Of a stretch of 64,000 bases of DNA, positions 30,234 to 44,717 are shown one piece after another (the stretch's first letter is position 1; every line of letters begins with the position of its first letter). This DNA comes from Nitrospirota bacterium (GTDB lineage Bacteria > Nitrospirota > UBA9217): NCBI GenBank assembly GCA_963741205.1, contig CAVUHW010000026.1, positions 64,001-128,000 on the forward strand, given 5' to 3'. The notes under the pieces are model-generated. The model searched no databases and was not told where the DNA came from. It was given only the letters and a program-made list of their open reading frames with translations. The position numbers and the translations under genes are program-made.

Positions 30234-31994
30234 TCATTCGAGGTCGGGTGCCCGAAGGACATCGGAACGTGAAGAGAATCCAAGGGATTCTACGACCCTC
30301 AGGGCGGGCTGCAGGTCCCCCATCACGCGCGCGATTGCGCTCTCTGTTCCTCCTTCGGCGGCGAAATAGCCGAGGCGGTCAGCAAGCCTGTCGAGCAGCA
30401 TCTCTTCAGGATAAACCTTGAGCCGGATCGGAGCATTCTCGGAGAGTTTCGCTGCCTTGCGGACAAGCCGCAAAGCCTCGGGAAACCCTCCCAATTCGTC
30501 CACCAGACCCAGTCTCTTTGCATCCTCTCCGGTCCAGATCCTGCCTTTCGCGATCTTTTCTACCGCCTCCTGCGAAAGATTTCTACCCTGGCCGACCTTG
30601 GACGTGAAATCCGCATAGATACGGTCGAGCCATTCCTCGAACCGGGCGCGCTGCTGCGGCGTAAAGTCTTTGGTCATGGTCCAGGCGTCCGCGTTTTTGC
30701 TCGTATGCACCTCGTCCCAGGTTACGCCGAGCTTGTTCCAGAGACCGGTGGTAATGATCTTTCCGCCGAAAACGCCGATGGAGCCGGTCACCGTGGCCGG
30801 CTGGGCCACGATCTTGTCGGCGGCCATCGCGACAAAATAACCACCCGAGGCCGCGGTGCTTCCCATGGATACGATGACCGGCTTGCCCGCCTTTTTGGCG
30901 TTCACGGTCTCGCGCCAGATGGTGTCCGAAGCCACGACAGATCCACCGGGGCTGTCGATCCTGAACAGGATGGCCTTGACGTCCTTGTCCTCGACAGCCT
31001 GCCGGAACGCGGACGCCAGCGTATCGGAGCCCATGATGATCTCACCGATTGCGGGATTGTAACCGCTCTTGCCGCGCTCGATCCCACCCACCCCGTAGAT
31101 GAGCGCGATGGTCGTGCCTTTCTCGTATGGGCCGCCCGCCCGTTTCCGGTATTTCATGAGCGTCATAAATTCTGCCTTTGCCCCCCCCTTATCCTTGATC
31201 CTGTCGAAGACCTGGTCGCGGTACTCAAGCCCGTCCACAAGCTTGGCGTCGACCGCTTCCTGGCCGATGAACGGCCCCCGGTCGATGAGTGATCGGACGT
31301 GTTCTTCGGAAAGTTTGCGCGAGCCGGCGATCCCCCTCACCATCTGGCCGAACTGGGATTCCATCACACGGGTGACCTCTTCACGGTGCGGGGGCAGGTA
31401 TTTACGTTCGGTAAACTGATAACGGAAGCTCTTGTATTCCTTCCTGCCGTCCAGGCGGGGGATGATCCCGAGCTTGTCCAGTGTCCCCCGGAAAAACGGC
31501 TGCTCATAAATCAACCCAGTGAGTCCCACGTCTCCGGAAGGCTGCAGATAGACCGCGTCGAAGGCCGTCGCGAGATAATAGGAGGAGTTCCCGGGACCGG
31601 CCTCGCCGAAGGTCTCCGCGTAGCAGAGCGCGGGTTTGCCCGCGGCGCGAAAGGCGATGACGGCGTCACGGACTTCCTGAACCTGCGCCAGCCTCATCTT
31701 CGATTGTCCCACTCTGGCCACAAGGCCCTTGACCCGGTCATCTCCCGATGCCCTTTGAAGCGCTTCGACGACGTCGCGAACACGGAGCCTGTCAGACATC
31801 AGGATGCGCGCGTAGGAATCTTTTGGCGCGTACTCTATCATCCCCTGGTCGAAATCCGCTTCCAGAATGACGCGATTCGGCACGCGCCCTGCTCCGAACC
31901 AGTAATAAATGCCGGCTGCGATCGCCGTAAAAAGAAGAATGAAGAAGATCACGGAACAGCTGCTTCCACCATGACCGCGGACATCGCCAGACAT
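30234..31994 (-). CDS. sppA: Signal peptide peptidase SppA (67K type)
   Basis: YYLATAFD, RIDSPGGS, AASGGY, TGSIGV and GRIWTG; AAGGAG RBS before ATG 31994. Confidence 0.9.
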   Translation of the reverse strand: MSGDVRGHGGSSCSVIFFILLFTAIAAGIYYWFGAGRVPNRVILEADFDQGMIEYAPKDSYARILMSDRLRVRDVVEALQRASGDDRVKGLVARVGQSKMRLAQVQEVRDAVIAFRAAGKPALCYAETFGEAGPGNSSYYLATAFDAVYLQPSGDVGLTGLIYEQPFFRGTLDKLGIIPRLDGRKEYKSFRYQFTERKYLPPHREEVTRVMESQFGQMVRGIAGSRKLSEEHVRSLIDRGPFIGQEAVDAKLVDGLEYRDQVFDRIKDKGGAKAEFMTLMKYRKRAGGPYEKGTTIALIYGVGGIERGKSGYNPAIGEIIMGSDTLASAFRQAVEDKDVKAILFRIDSPGGSVVASDTIWRETVNAKKAGKPVIVSMGSTAASGGYFVAMAADKIVAQPATVTGSIGVFGGKIITTGLWNKLGVTWDEVHTSKNADAWTMTKDFTPQQRARFEEWLDRIYADFTSKVGQGRNLSQEAVEKIAKGRIWTGEDAKRLGLVDELGGFPEALRLVRKAAKLSENAPIRLKVYPEEMLLDRLADRLGYFAAEGGTESAIARVMGDLQPALRVVESLGFSSRSDVLRAPDLE

Positions 31995-32180
31995 TGATAG
32001 GCTCCTTTTCAAGATGTAATAGATATCGGAACGGTCTTTTTTCCCGGAAGATTTTACGCGGGGCAGGCGCGGTAAAGACGTCACCGGCTGGTGGAGCCCC
32101 TTCAGGGTGATGGAGGCCCCATTTGATAGAGCGACGTTCCGCAACAGCTCCCGCCTAAAAGTCGGAACTGCGTCCGCGGG

Positions 32181-33131
32181 TCAGGCCGTTTCGAGCCGGT
32201 TGCGGCCCCGGCCCTTTGCCAGGTACAAAGCGTCGTCTACGCGCTGAATGAAGCGGTCTCCGCTTTCATCGAGCAGAAACTGGCCCACGCCGAAGCTGCA
32301 TGTCACGCTTATGCCTCCGGGGAATTGGTGCTGTTCGATAATAAGCCGCAGCTTCTCGGCAAATATCCGGGCGTTCTCCAGCGCGGAATTCTTCACCATG
32401 ATCATGAACTCCTCGCCGCCCCACCTCGCGAACAAGTCATGGAACCTGATGTTTTTTGAGACCAACTCGGCAATTCCGACCAGAACGCCGTCGCCGGCAA
32501 GATGGCCGTAGGTGTCGTTGATGCCTTTGAAGTGGTCGATATCGAACATAATAAGTGAAAGGGGAAGCGCATACCGCCGCGACCGGCTGATCTCGGTGCT
32601 CAGCGTGTCTCCAAACTTGAGCCGGTTGGAGATGCCGGTGAGGTGGTCGGTAGTGGCCTGGTGCACCAGGAGCTCGTTCAGCCTCTTCAACTCATCGGAG
32701 ACATCCCGCCGGGCGCTTTCCGCTCGTTTCAGTTCAGTGAGAAGTTTATTTCGTTCGATCGCATGGCGAATTGCTCGCTGCAGCAGACTTCCATCGACCC
32801 TGCCCTTTACAAGAAAATCCTGCGCCCCTTTTTGAACGGCCTCGACGGCAACATCATCGTCGTCATGGCCGGTCAGCACGATGACCGGGATGTGGGGCAC
32901 AAGCTCATGCACCATGTCGAAGCAGCTGAGACCGCAGCCGTCCGGCAGACTGAGGTCAAGAAGCACGATATCGACGCCGCCCACACTCAGGAGGTCGAGG
33001 CCTGACCGGATCTGGTCAACATGGTTCACCTCGTACGGAATCTTCCCGGCGCTGGACAGATAACGTCGAATGAGAAGGGCGTCGTTGGCATCATCTTCGA
33101 TGAGCAGAACTGCAATAGACTCGGTATTCAT
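32181..33131 (-). CDS. Response regulator diguanylate cyclase (REC-GGDEF)
   Basis: REC domain then TDHLTG, DIDHFKGINDTYGH and RWGGEEF. Confidence 0.92.
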   Translation of the reverse strand: MNTESIAVLLIEDDANDALLIRRYLSSAGKIPYEVNHVDQIRSGLDLLSVGGVDIVLLDLSLPDGCGLSCFDMVHELVPHIPVIVLTGHDDDDVAVEAVQKGAQDFLVKGRVDGSLLQRAIRHAIERNKLLTELKRAESARRDVSDELKRLNELLVHQATTDHLTGISNRLKFGDTLSTEISRSRRYALPLSLIMFDIDHFKGINDTYGHLAGDGVLVGIAELVSKNIRFHDLFARWGGEEFMIMVKNSALENARIFAEKLRLIIEQHQFPGGISVTCSFGVGQFLLDESGDRFIQRVDDALYLAKGRGRNRLETA

Positions 33132-33460
33132 ATATGTTTTTCCGACTCTGAGGCCGCAACTGTCAGACCCCGGCCTCGATCCTCGATGATTGATGTTCGT
33201 GCGGTCTGTGGCATGAGGCACAGAGGTTGCCTCTTGTTCCGGAGGGGCTCTGCAAGGATTAGAATAAATGTATCATAAGCGGGTAGGAATGGCAAGAAAA
33301 CGGAACAGCGGCGGAGAAGGGCTCGATCACCGCCGGTGAGCTACGGGAAAACGAGGAAGACGAGGGGCGCAACATCTACGCGTTCTGTGAAGGCTTTTGG
33401 GTTACGGGATGATGACGGGGAAAAGAGGGACTGCCGCGCTGGGATAACGAGTCCGGAGAA

Positions 33461-33646
33461 TCAACCGCGCCGCTTCGCCAGCCACTCCTTGAGTCGGGGA
33501 CACTTCATTTTTTTCCTGTTTCCTTCACAGTCACCGCAGATGGTCATGTCCTGACTGCAAGGGGTGAAACCGGCGAATTCAATCGGCTGAGAATCTTTCC
33601 TAGCCTTCGCTTGTCGCGCTTTATGCATGCTGGCGATGTTTGACAT
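33461..33646 (-). CDS. Small Cys-rich basic hypothetical protein
   Basis: 61 aa, C-x6-C-x2-C-x8-C; no clear RBS. Confidence 0.35.
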   Translation of the reverse strand: MSNIASMHKARQAKARKDSQPIEFAGFTPCSQDMTICGDCEGNRKKMKCPRLKEWLAKRRG

Positions 33647-33683
33647 GGTTCAAGTTCTTAGTATGAATTAACAATAGGACGAT

Positions 33684-33763
33684 GTCATTCCCGCAATGTT
33701 TCTGGGCGGGAATCCATTTTATAATTGCACAATGGATCCCCTATAGAGGCATTCGGGGATGAC
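33684..33763. repeat. GTCATTCCCG REP-like inverted pair, copy 2
   Basis: gtcattcccgc...gcgggaatcca ... tggatcccc...ggggatgac. Confidence 0.75.
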
Positions 33764-33888
33764 AAACTAGTTTGTACTTGATTGTTTGTAAATACAGCTA
33801 TGAGACGGTTAATAACGCCGTAAAGCGCCCGTTCCTTCAGGACAGATCCCTTTTTATTCCGCAAGCCGCAATCCGCATTCCAAAATTG

Positions 33889-35361
<1,473 letters not shown>

Positions 35362-35550
35362 TTAGTAACGTTATTACGACAGATGATGAAAAGCAGGCGC
35401 TTCTCAGCGATACGGATGATCACGGTTTATTCAGGAGAGAAGCCTTGCTTTCCCGTTTTTCTTAACTGGGTCCATCCGCGTTTGTCTGCGGTCTCCTTAT
35501 GAAGTCTTTAACTTTACCACACCCGGGCATAAACCTCAAGGGAAACCGGA

Positions 35551-36189
35551 TCATTCAAATCCCGATGACTCGTTCAAAAACGGGTTCTCTCTTTTCTCGT
35601 CGCCAATCGTCGAGGCCGGTCCGTGACCTGAAAAAACCTTGGTGTCGTCCGGCAGCGTCATAAGGTTCTCCTTGATGGAGCGAAGAAGGGTCCTCAGGTC
35701 TCCACCCGGGAAGTCCGTCCTGCCGATCGAACCGGCGAACAGGGCATCGCCGGTGAAGACCATCCCTTCCTCGAGCAGGCTGATGCCGCCCGGCGTGTGG
35801 CCGGGCGTATGCAGGACGGTCAGTGAGACCTCGCCCGCAACGATGCTGTCGCCGTGTTTCAGCAGTCGATCGGGAGGCGGAGACAATACCGGACTCATGC
35901 CGAACGACCGGGCCTGCCTCGATACCGTGTCGAGCACGGGCGCGTCCGCCTCGTGGAGCAGCAGATCCGCCCCTGTGGCGTCCTTGACGGCCTTGTTCGC
36001 GCCAACGTGATCGAAATGCGCGTGGGTGTTTATGATGTACTTGACCCTGAGCCCCTTGTCTTGGATGACCTTCAGGATGTCCCGTGCGTCGTCACCGGGG
36101 TCGATGACGACCGCCTCCTTGGTCTTCTCGTCAGCCAGGATGAAACAGTTTACCTGGAGAGGACCGACTATGAGCCTGATCAAAAGCAT
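35551..36189 (-). CDS. MBL-fold metallo-hydrolase (glyoxalase II-like)
   Basis: THAHFDH, TPGHTPG, TGDALF..SIGRTD and GHG. Confidence 0.92.
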   Translation of the reverse strand: MLLIRLIVGPLQVNCFILADEKTKEAVVIDPGDDARDILKVIQDKGLRVKYIINTHAHFDHVGANKAVKDATGADLLLHEADAPVLDTVSRQARSFGMSPVLSPPPDRLLKHGDSIVAGEVSLTVLHTPGHTPGGISLLEEGMVFTGDALFAGSIGRTDFPGGDLRTLLRSIKENLMTLPDDTKVFSGHGPASTIGDEKRENPFLNESSGFE

Positions 36190-36218
36190 ACCTAATTCCC
36201 TGCTCCCTGCTTTTTTAT

Positions 36219-36309
36219 GTCATTCCCGCGACGAATCGGGAATCCGGTGCTTTCGAATCATAATCGTTCGAAAAGCCAATCGGGATACCCGCTGATTCGC
36301 GGGTATGAC
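36219..36309. repeat. GTCATTCCCG REP-like inverted pair, copy 3
   Basis: gtcattcccg...cgggaatccgg ... cgggatacccg...cgggtatgac. Confidence 0.75.
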
Positions 36310-36332
36310 AGTATGATTTTAAAGGTACTTGT

Positions 36333-36854
36333 TCAGCTAAAGTTTCTGCTTCCCGCCTCCAGGTCCAGCAGATTCTTTTTCATTCCGATCCCGCCCGAGA
36401 ACCCGCCCAGCGCGCCTGCTGAGCCGATCACCCGGTGTCAGGGGATGATGAGGGGGACGGGATTGGCCCCGAGCGCGTTACCCACGGCGCGCATGGCCCG
36501 CGGGTTTTTGATCCTCTTCGCGATCCAGGCGTAGGACCGCGTTTCTCCGTAGGGGATCTCCGCCGCCGCACGCCAGACAGCCTGCTGAAAGGGCGTATGA
36601 TAACGCAGATCGAGCGGGAGATCAAATGAAACGCGCTCGCCGAGGACGTATTTCCCAAGCAGCTTGACCGCTTTTCGAAGGATGGGCGGCGTTTGAGCAA
36701 ACTTTTCCGGACTCCGAGCTCCGCACTCATCACCGTTGAGTTCCTTCTCAACTGCATTCTTATTCTTCTTCGGCAGCACGATCCTGCATATCCCGCGTTC
36801 CGACGCGGCTACACCCGCCCAACCAAGGGGAGTATGAAAAATCGCCTTTCCCAT
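36333..36854 (-). CDS. ogt: Methylated-DNA--protein-cysteine methyltransferase with in-frame TGA at the active site (candidate selenoprotein)
   Basis: TPFQQAVW, IPYGETRSY, RAVGNALGANPVPLIIP-(TGA 36438-40)-HRVIGSAGALGGFSGGIGMKKNLLDLE, true stop at 36333-35. Confidence 0.88.
36384..36437 (-). promoter_or_regulatory. Candidate bacterial SECIS hairpin immediately 3' of the UGA
   Basis: Minus strand CCGGGTGATC-G-GCTCAGC-AGGCGC-GCTGGGC-G-GGTTCTCGG; apical loop 20 nt after UGA with G at loop position 2. Confidence 0.55.
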
Positions 36855-36855
36855 G

Positions 36856-38473
36856 CTAATCTCCCTCCCCTCCTCGCCCCGTCGCCTCGTCACCCCGTCG
36901 GTTCTTCCTCCTCCGCGCCATCCCCCACACGAACTTGAGCTCTTCACTCTTCAAAAGCCACATCACGACGATATAGAATAAAACGCTGACGGTCATCCCG
37001 CCGGCGAGCAGTTCAGCCTTCAGGACCGAGTGTCCGCCCAGCTCCCAGACCGGCTGCCGGCTGACCCACCATCCAATCATTCCCATGGCAAGTGACGCAG
37101 GCACGATCTTGAGGAGTGAAGCGAAAATCCTCTTCCCGTCCATCCTGCCGATCTTCTTCCTGAGCTGCCAGGTGAGCAGGCTGATATTGAGCGTCGCCGC
37201 AAGAGACGTAGCTAGGGCCAACCCGCCGTGGTTAAGCGGTGTCCATGAAATGAAAGCTGCGCTGAAGGTGATGTTCGAAAAAAGCGCCAGGACAGCGATC
37301 TTGACCGGCGTCCTGGTGTCCTGAAGCGCGTAGAACGCCTGAGCAACGATTCTTACGCCGGCCATGGCCCAGAGCCCTACGGCATAGTACAGGAGAGCTG
37401 TCGCCACGCCTTGCGTGGAGATGCGGTCGAACTGTCCGTGTTCCAGGAGAAGGTTCACGATCGGGATACGCAGTGTGATCAAGCCGGCCATGGCCGGGAA
37501 CATGATGAAAAACACAAGCCTGAGGCCGAATGACAAGGTCTCGCGAAATTCCTCCTTTTCGTTTTTCGCCGCCTGAGCCGACATGGTCGGAAGTATGGCC
37601 GTTGCGATGGCAATGCCGAAAATGCCGAGCGGAAAGTGGATGAACCGCATGCCGTAGAACAGGTAGCTGATGCTCCCCGTGGCGAGGAACGACGCGAAAA
37701 TGGTGCCGATGAAGATATTGAACTGGTTGACCGAAGAACTAAAAAAGACGGGCGCCGCAAGACGCGCTATCTTCCCCACGCCGGGATGGCTCGGGCTGAA
37801 CTTCAGTTCCAGCATCATCCCCTGCTTCTTGAGCCCCGGCAGCTGAATCAGGAACTGGAACATACCGCCCAGCACCACGCCGACGGCGACGCCGAGTATC
37901 GGTTGCGACATGAACCGTATACTCAGGACCACGGCGGTGATGGTCATGATGTTGAGCATGACCGGCGAGAGCGCCGGAGCGAGGAATTGACGGAGGGAGT
38001 TCAACATGCCCATGGCCAGCGCGGCCAGGCCGATGAACAGGAGGTACGGGAACATATACCGCGTGAGCGTCACGCCCAGGATATATTTGTCGTGCTGGGC
38101 GTTGCGCACCCAGCCTGCGGCGATGATTTTGACTACCGTAGGGCGCGAAGATGACGCCGAGAACGGTCAGGACGACGAGGACCACAAGAAAGCGCGCGAA
38201 AACCGCATTGGCCAGGACGCGGGCGCTCTCCCTCGATTCCTTCGTCAGCGTCTCGGTGAACACGGGAATAAAGGCCGCCGACATGGAGCCTTCCGCCAAA
38301 AGCTCGCGCAGGAGGTTCGGGATCCGGTAAGCCACGTAGAACGCGTCGGCTGCCAGGCCCGTGCCAAAGGCCCAGGACATGACCATGTCGCGGACGTAGC
38401 CCATGACGCGGCTGGCGAGGGTGGCAAGGCCGACGACGCCCGCCGCCTTTGCGACCTTCACTTTTTCAGACAT
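36856..38473 (-). CDS. murJ: Lipid II flippase MurJ; frameshift near 38140
   Basis: SRVMGYVRD, AYRIPNLLRELLAEG, FYALQDTRTP and HGGLALATS. Confidence 0.93.
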
Positions 38474-38614
38474 TCCGAAGCACCTCGGGAAACCGGGAAA
38501 GTAAGTGGCATTTTATCAGGAAACGGCCGGCTGTGAAAAGGTTTTTTTTCTTGACACCCAGCGGTTCTTTGTGTTAAAAGAATAAGCTGTTTTTAACCCC
38601 AAAGGAGGCAGGAA

Positions 38615-38884
38615 GTGGCAATTCATAAATCAGTGATTAAGAGGCAAAAGCAGGCCGACAAGAAGCATCTCGTCAATAAGTCCGTCATATCAGCGCTCAA
38701 GACCTTCGCGAAGAAGGTCGAACAGGCCGCAGAGGCCAAGAACAGCGATGCCGCCAAGGAAGCTTTGGTCAAGGCGATGAAGGCCTATGACAAGGCCGCT
38801 TCTCAGGGGGTCCTCCACAAGAGCACCGCGTCCCGTAAAATCTCCCGTCTTTCCGCCAAGGTCCGCAAGATCACCGCGGCGTAG
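38615..38884 (+). CDS. rpsT: 30S ribosomal protein S20
   Basis: MAIHKSVIKR...DKAASQGVLHKSTASRKISRL; AAAGGAGG RBS; TTGACA at 38551. Confidence 0.95.
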   Translation: MAIHKSVIKRQKQADKKHLVNKSVISALKTFAKKVEQAAEAKNSDAAKEALVKAMKAYDKAASQGVLHKSTASRKISRLSAKVRKITAA

Positions 38885-38995
38885 AAACAGGAATGAAAAA
38901 ACCGAAAACCGGGGAACTGGTGAGGGAAAAACCTCCCCTCTTCCCCGTTTCATGTTCCACTCCCCGATCATAAATCCGCGCTCAGTATTACGAGA

Positions 38996-39998
38996 TTACG
39001 AGTCCCCGCACAACGTAAGGATCATCCGTTCCAGTACCAGCCTTCCCTTCAAGCCGCTCGATTTAAGCGCCCGGTCAGCCGACAACATGACGCGAAAGGC
39101 TTCGCGCAGTTCATCCATCGTGTAATGCTTCATCTGGTCCTTGAACAAGCCCGTCTGATGAAAGATCACCCGGAGTTTCTTCATGATTTCGTCCGGCCTC
39201 ATGCCCGCCGCCTCCATGGCCTTTGCCTGGAGGAGCCTCCGGAAGTTCCAGGCGATTGAACCCAAAAGGCCGACAGGCGCCTCCCCTTCCTGCAGCAGCC
39301 TGGCCAGGATCAGGAACGCCTTTTCGGCCTTCTTCTGGCCCAGGGCCGCCGCAAGGTCAAAGGAGCTGTACTCCCTGAAGTCGCCGACCACGGCCTTCAC
39401 ATCGTCAAAGACGATCGATTTTCTCTCCTTGAGGTAAATCTCGACCTTCCGGAGTTCATTGACGATCTTCTGGAGATCGTTGCCGATGGTTTGCCAGAGA
39501 TATTGCGCGGCGTCTCGCTGGATGGACAGGCCCCGGGTCCGGGTCCATCCTTCTATCCATCCGACGATCTCCCGGTCCAGGAGCGGATAGAACCGGACAA
39601 CGGCCCCGTTGGCCTCTACGGCGGAAAGAACGGACTTCTTTTCAAACTTCCCCTGCCCGGAGACCATCACCAAACAGGTGCTCGGTGATGGGTCGTGGAG
39701 ATAGGGAACGAGCGCCTCGATTTCCGCTGCCTTGAACGCATCGATCTCCCTGGCGATCACAAGCCGCTTCTCGGACATGAACGGAAGGGTCTCTGCGAGG
39801 TTCACGATCTCCGATGCCGGGGTATCGCGGCAGTAGACGACTGTTGAAATTGAAGTCCCTGGCGCCGGGATCGACGACCGTCTCGATAATAAGGTCGAGC
39901 GCTTCCTGGATCAGGAACTCTTCCTCTCCGTATAGCAGGTAGAGGGGGAGGATCTTGCGCTGCTTGAGGCTTGCTATGAGGTCCTGGTGTTTGAGCAT
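38996..39998 (-). CDS. holA: DNA polymerase III delta subunit; frameshift near 39835
   Basis: LYLLYGEEEFL, TLPFMSEKRLVI and ADRALKSS; leuS-lptE-holA-rpsT synteny. Confidence 0.9.
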
Positions 39999-40024
39999 GA
40001 GGTTTTATATCGATGGGCTTTACT

Positions 40025-40096
40025 GCATAGCGCAGAGCGCATGGCGCATAGCGTTACTTCTTTTTTACCCTATGCTCTATGCGCCATGCCCTATGC
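40025..40096. repeat. Inverted heptamer arrays (GCATAGC)x4 / (CCTATGC)x4
   Basis: gcatagc gcagagc gcatggc gcatagc ... cctatgc tctatgc gccatgc cctatgc. Confidence 0.85.
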
Positions 40097-40101
40097 TTAT
40101 T

Positions 40102-40689
40102 TTAAAATCCTTCCAATACCCTGCTCCGGAGCGTGGAAGCAAGGCTTTTGCACGCGCTCTTAATGGCCACGTCTTTCGCTATCTTCGTCTGCGTAATATC
40201 CCCCAGGGACACGGCATAGACGGAATTGAAGATCGATCCGACACCTTGATCCTGCAAGAGCACCTTCTGTGTTTTGGCATCGATGATGGTCAGTCTCACG
40301 CCGATGGTTATATTGTACGACTGGACATAGGAATTCACCGAATACGATGTCGGGGTAATTTCGAACCTGGTCACACTGCCTTTGAGAATAATATCAGCCG
40401 CCTCAGGGCTGACGACCTGCAGCCTGCCGTCGGTGAGAAACTCGTCGACAACGGCCTGGGTAACCTCACTGTCGATAAAAGGCTCGAAGGTTCCATTGAT
40501 AAATACAGGGATGGCGATCGTTTTCGCAGTCGCGGGCACGATCCCGCCTACGGGGGTAAAATGATAGCCACAGGAGGTAAGCAGCAGGAGCAGGAGCAGC
40601 ACAACACCATGGGACGATGGTTGATCGCTGGATTTGCTCGCTTTGTTAAATGTTCCCGCGTTCCATATTTTGCTTCCCGTGTCCTTCAT
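40102..40689 (-). CDS. lptE: LPS assembly lipoprotein LptE (start uncertain)
   Basis: LTSCGYHF lipobox and IAIPVFINGT; located between leuS and holA. Confidence 0.8.
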   Translation of the reverse strand: MKDTGSKIWNAGTFNKASKSSDQPSSHGVVLLLLLLLTSCGYHFTPVGGIVPATAKTIAIPVFINGTFEPFIDSEVTQAVVDEFLTDGRLQVVSPEAADIILKGSVTRFEITPTSYSVNSYVQSYNITIGVRLTIIDAKTQKVLLQDQGVGSIFNSVYAVSLGDITQTKIAKDVAIKSACKSLASTLRSRVLEGF

Positions 40690-40716
40690 CCCCCGTCCCT
40701 CTTCCCCCGCCGCACC

Positions 40717-43917
<3,201 letters not shown>

Positions 43918-44017
43918 GCCCTCTTTCGCGGATCCGGATGAGTCAGATACTCCGACACCTGGGAACGGGTATTAAATTCGCTCCCGTGCACTCCAAACTT
44001 CAAACTCCGCACTCGCA

Positions 44018-44543
44018 TCACTCTCTGACCCATCCGGGATAAGCATCAGCCCTGCGCGCTTGTTCAGGCAGGTCCACTTCGAGCCTGCGCCTGGTCCCTG
44101 CGATATCCTTTTCAAGCTTCTGCTTCTTCCTTTCGAGGCTCTGGTGGGATTTTTTCTTTTTGCCGGTCAACTTCTCGGGCCTCTGGTCCTGGTCATTCAG
44201 TTCCTTGAGAACAAGATTATATTCGTCCTGCTGGTCCCTGAGTTTAAGCCGCAGGTTTGCGGCCTGCTTGCGCCAATACTCTTCACCCCTGCCGTTCTTG
44301 TCCTTGTGTTCTCCGTGAAAGACCGCGGGGTTTGCCGGCTGCGACCGGCTTATCCCCGACACTCACCCTCGATTCATCGGGTTTTATCGTCTGCACGCTG
44401 CTCCGGTACTCCTGCGGGACCTTTTCCGGTTCGTTCGTAAAAAATTCCTTCCCGTCCTTGTCCACCCACCGGTAAAAATCGGCATGAGCAACCGCTGTCG
44501 CGAAAAAGAACATGCCTATTGCTAGAACGATGTATCTTCGCAT
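44018..44543 (-). CDS. DUF4124 domain secreted protein with coiled coil; frameshift near 44340
   Basis: Signal peptide, FYRWVDKDGKEFFTN, EEYWR and ARRADAYPGWVR. Confidence 0.75.
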
Positions 44544-44717
44544 GGAGTCCTCCCAGTAGCCTTTGACGAGGAAAAATAACACAAACAGAAGGTGTGTGCA
44601 AGGTTTTTTCTTGAATTGCCGTGCATAATAATGCTATAAGAGTATGATAAATTCTTGGTTCGCATCCAAACATATTGAGAATTATTACATTCCACTTTCG
44701 AGGTTGATTCAATCGCC

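Noticed and set aside
31995-32150. 52-aa N-terminal extension of sppA
   Set aside because: AAGGAG precedes ATG 31994. The extension looks like unrelated gene debris and cannot be assigned.
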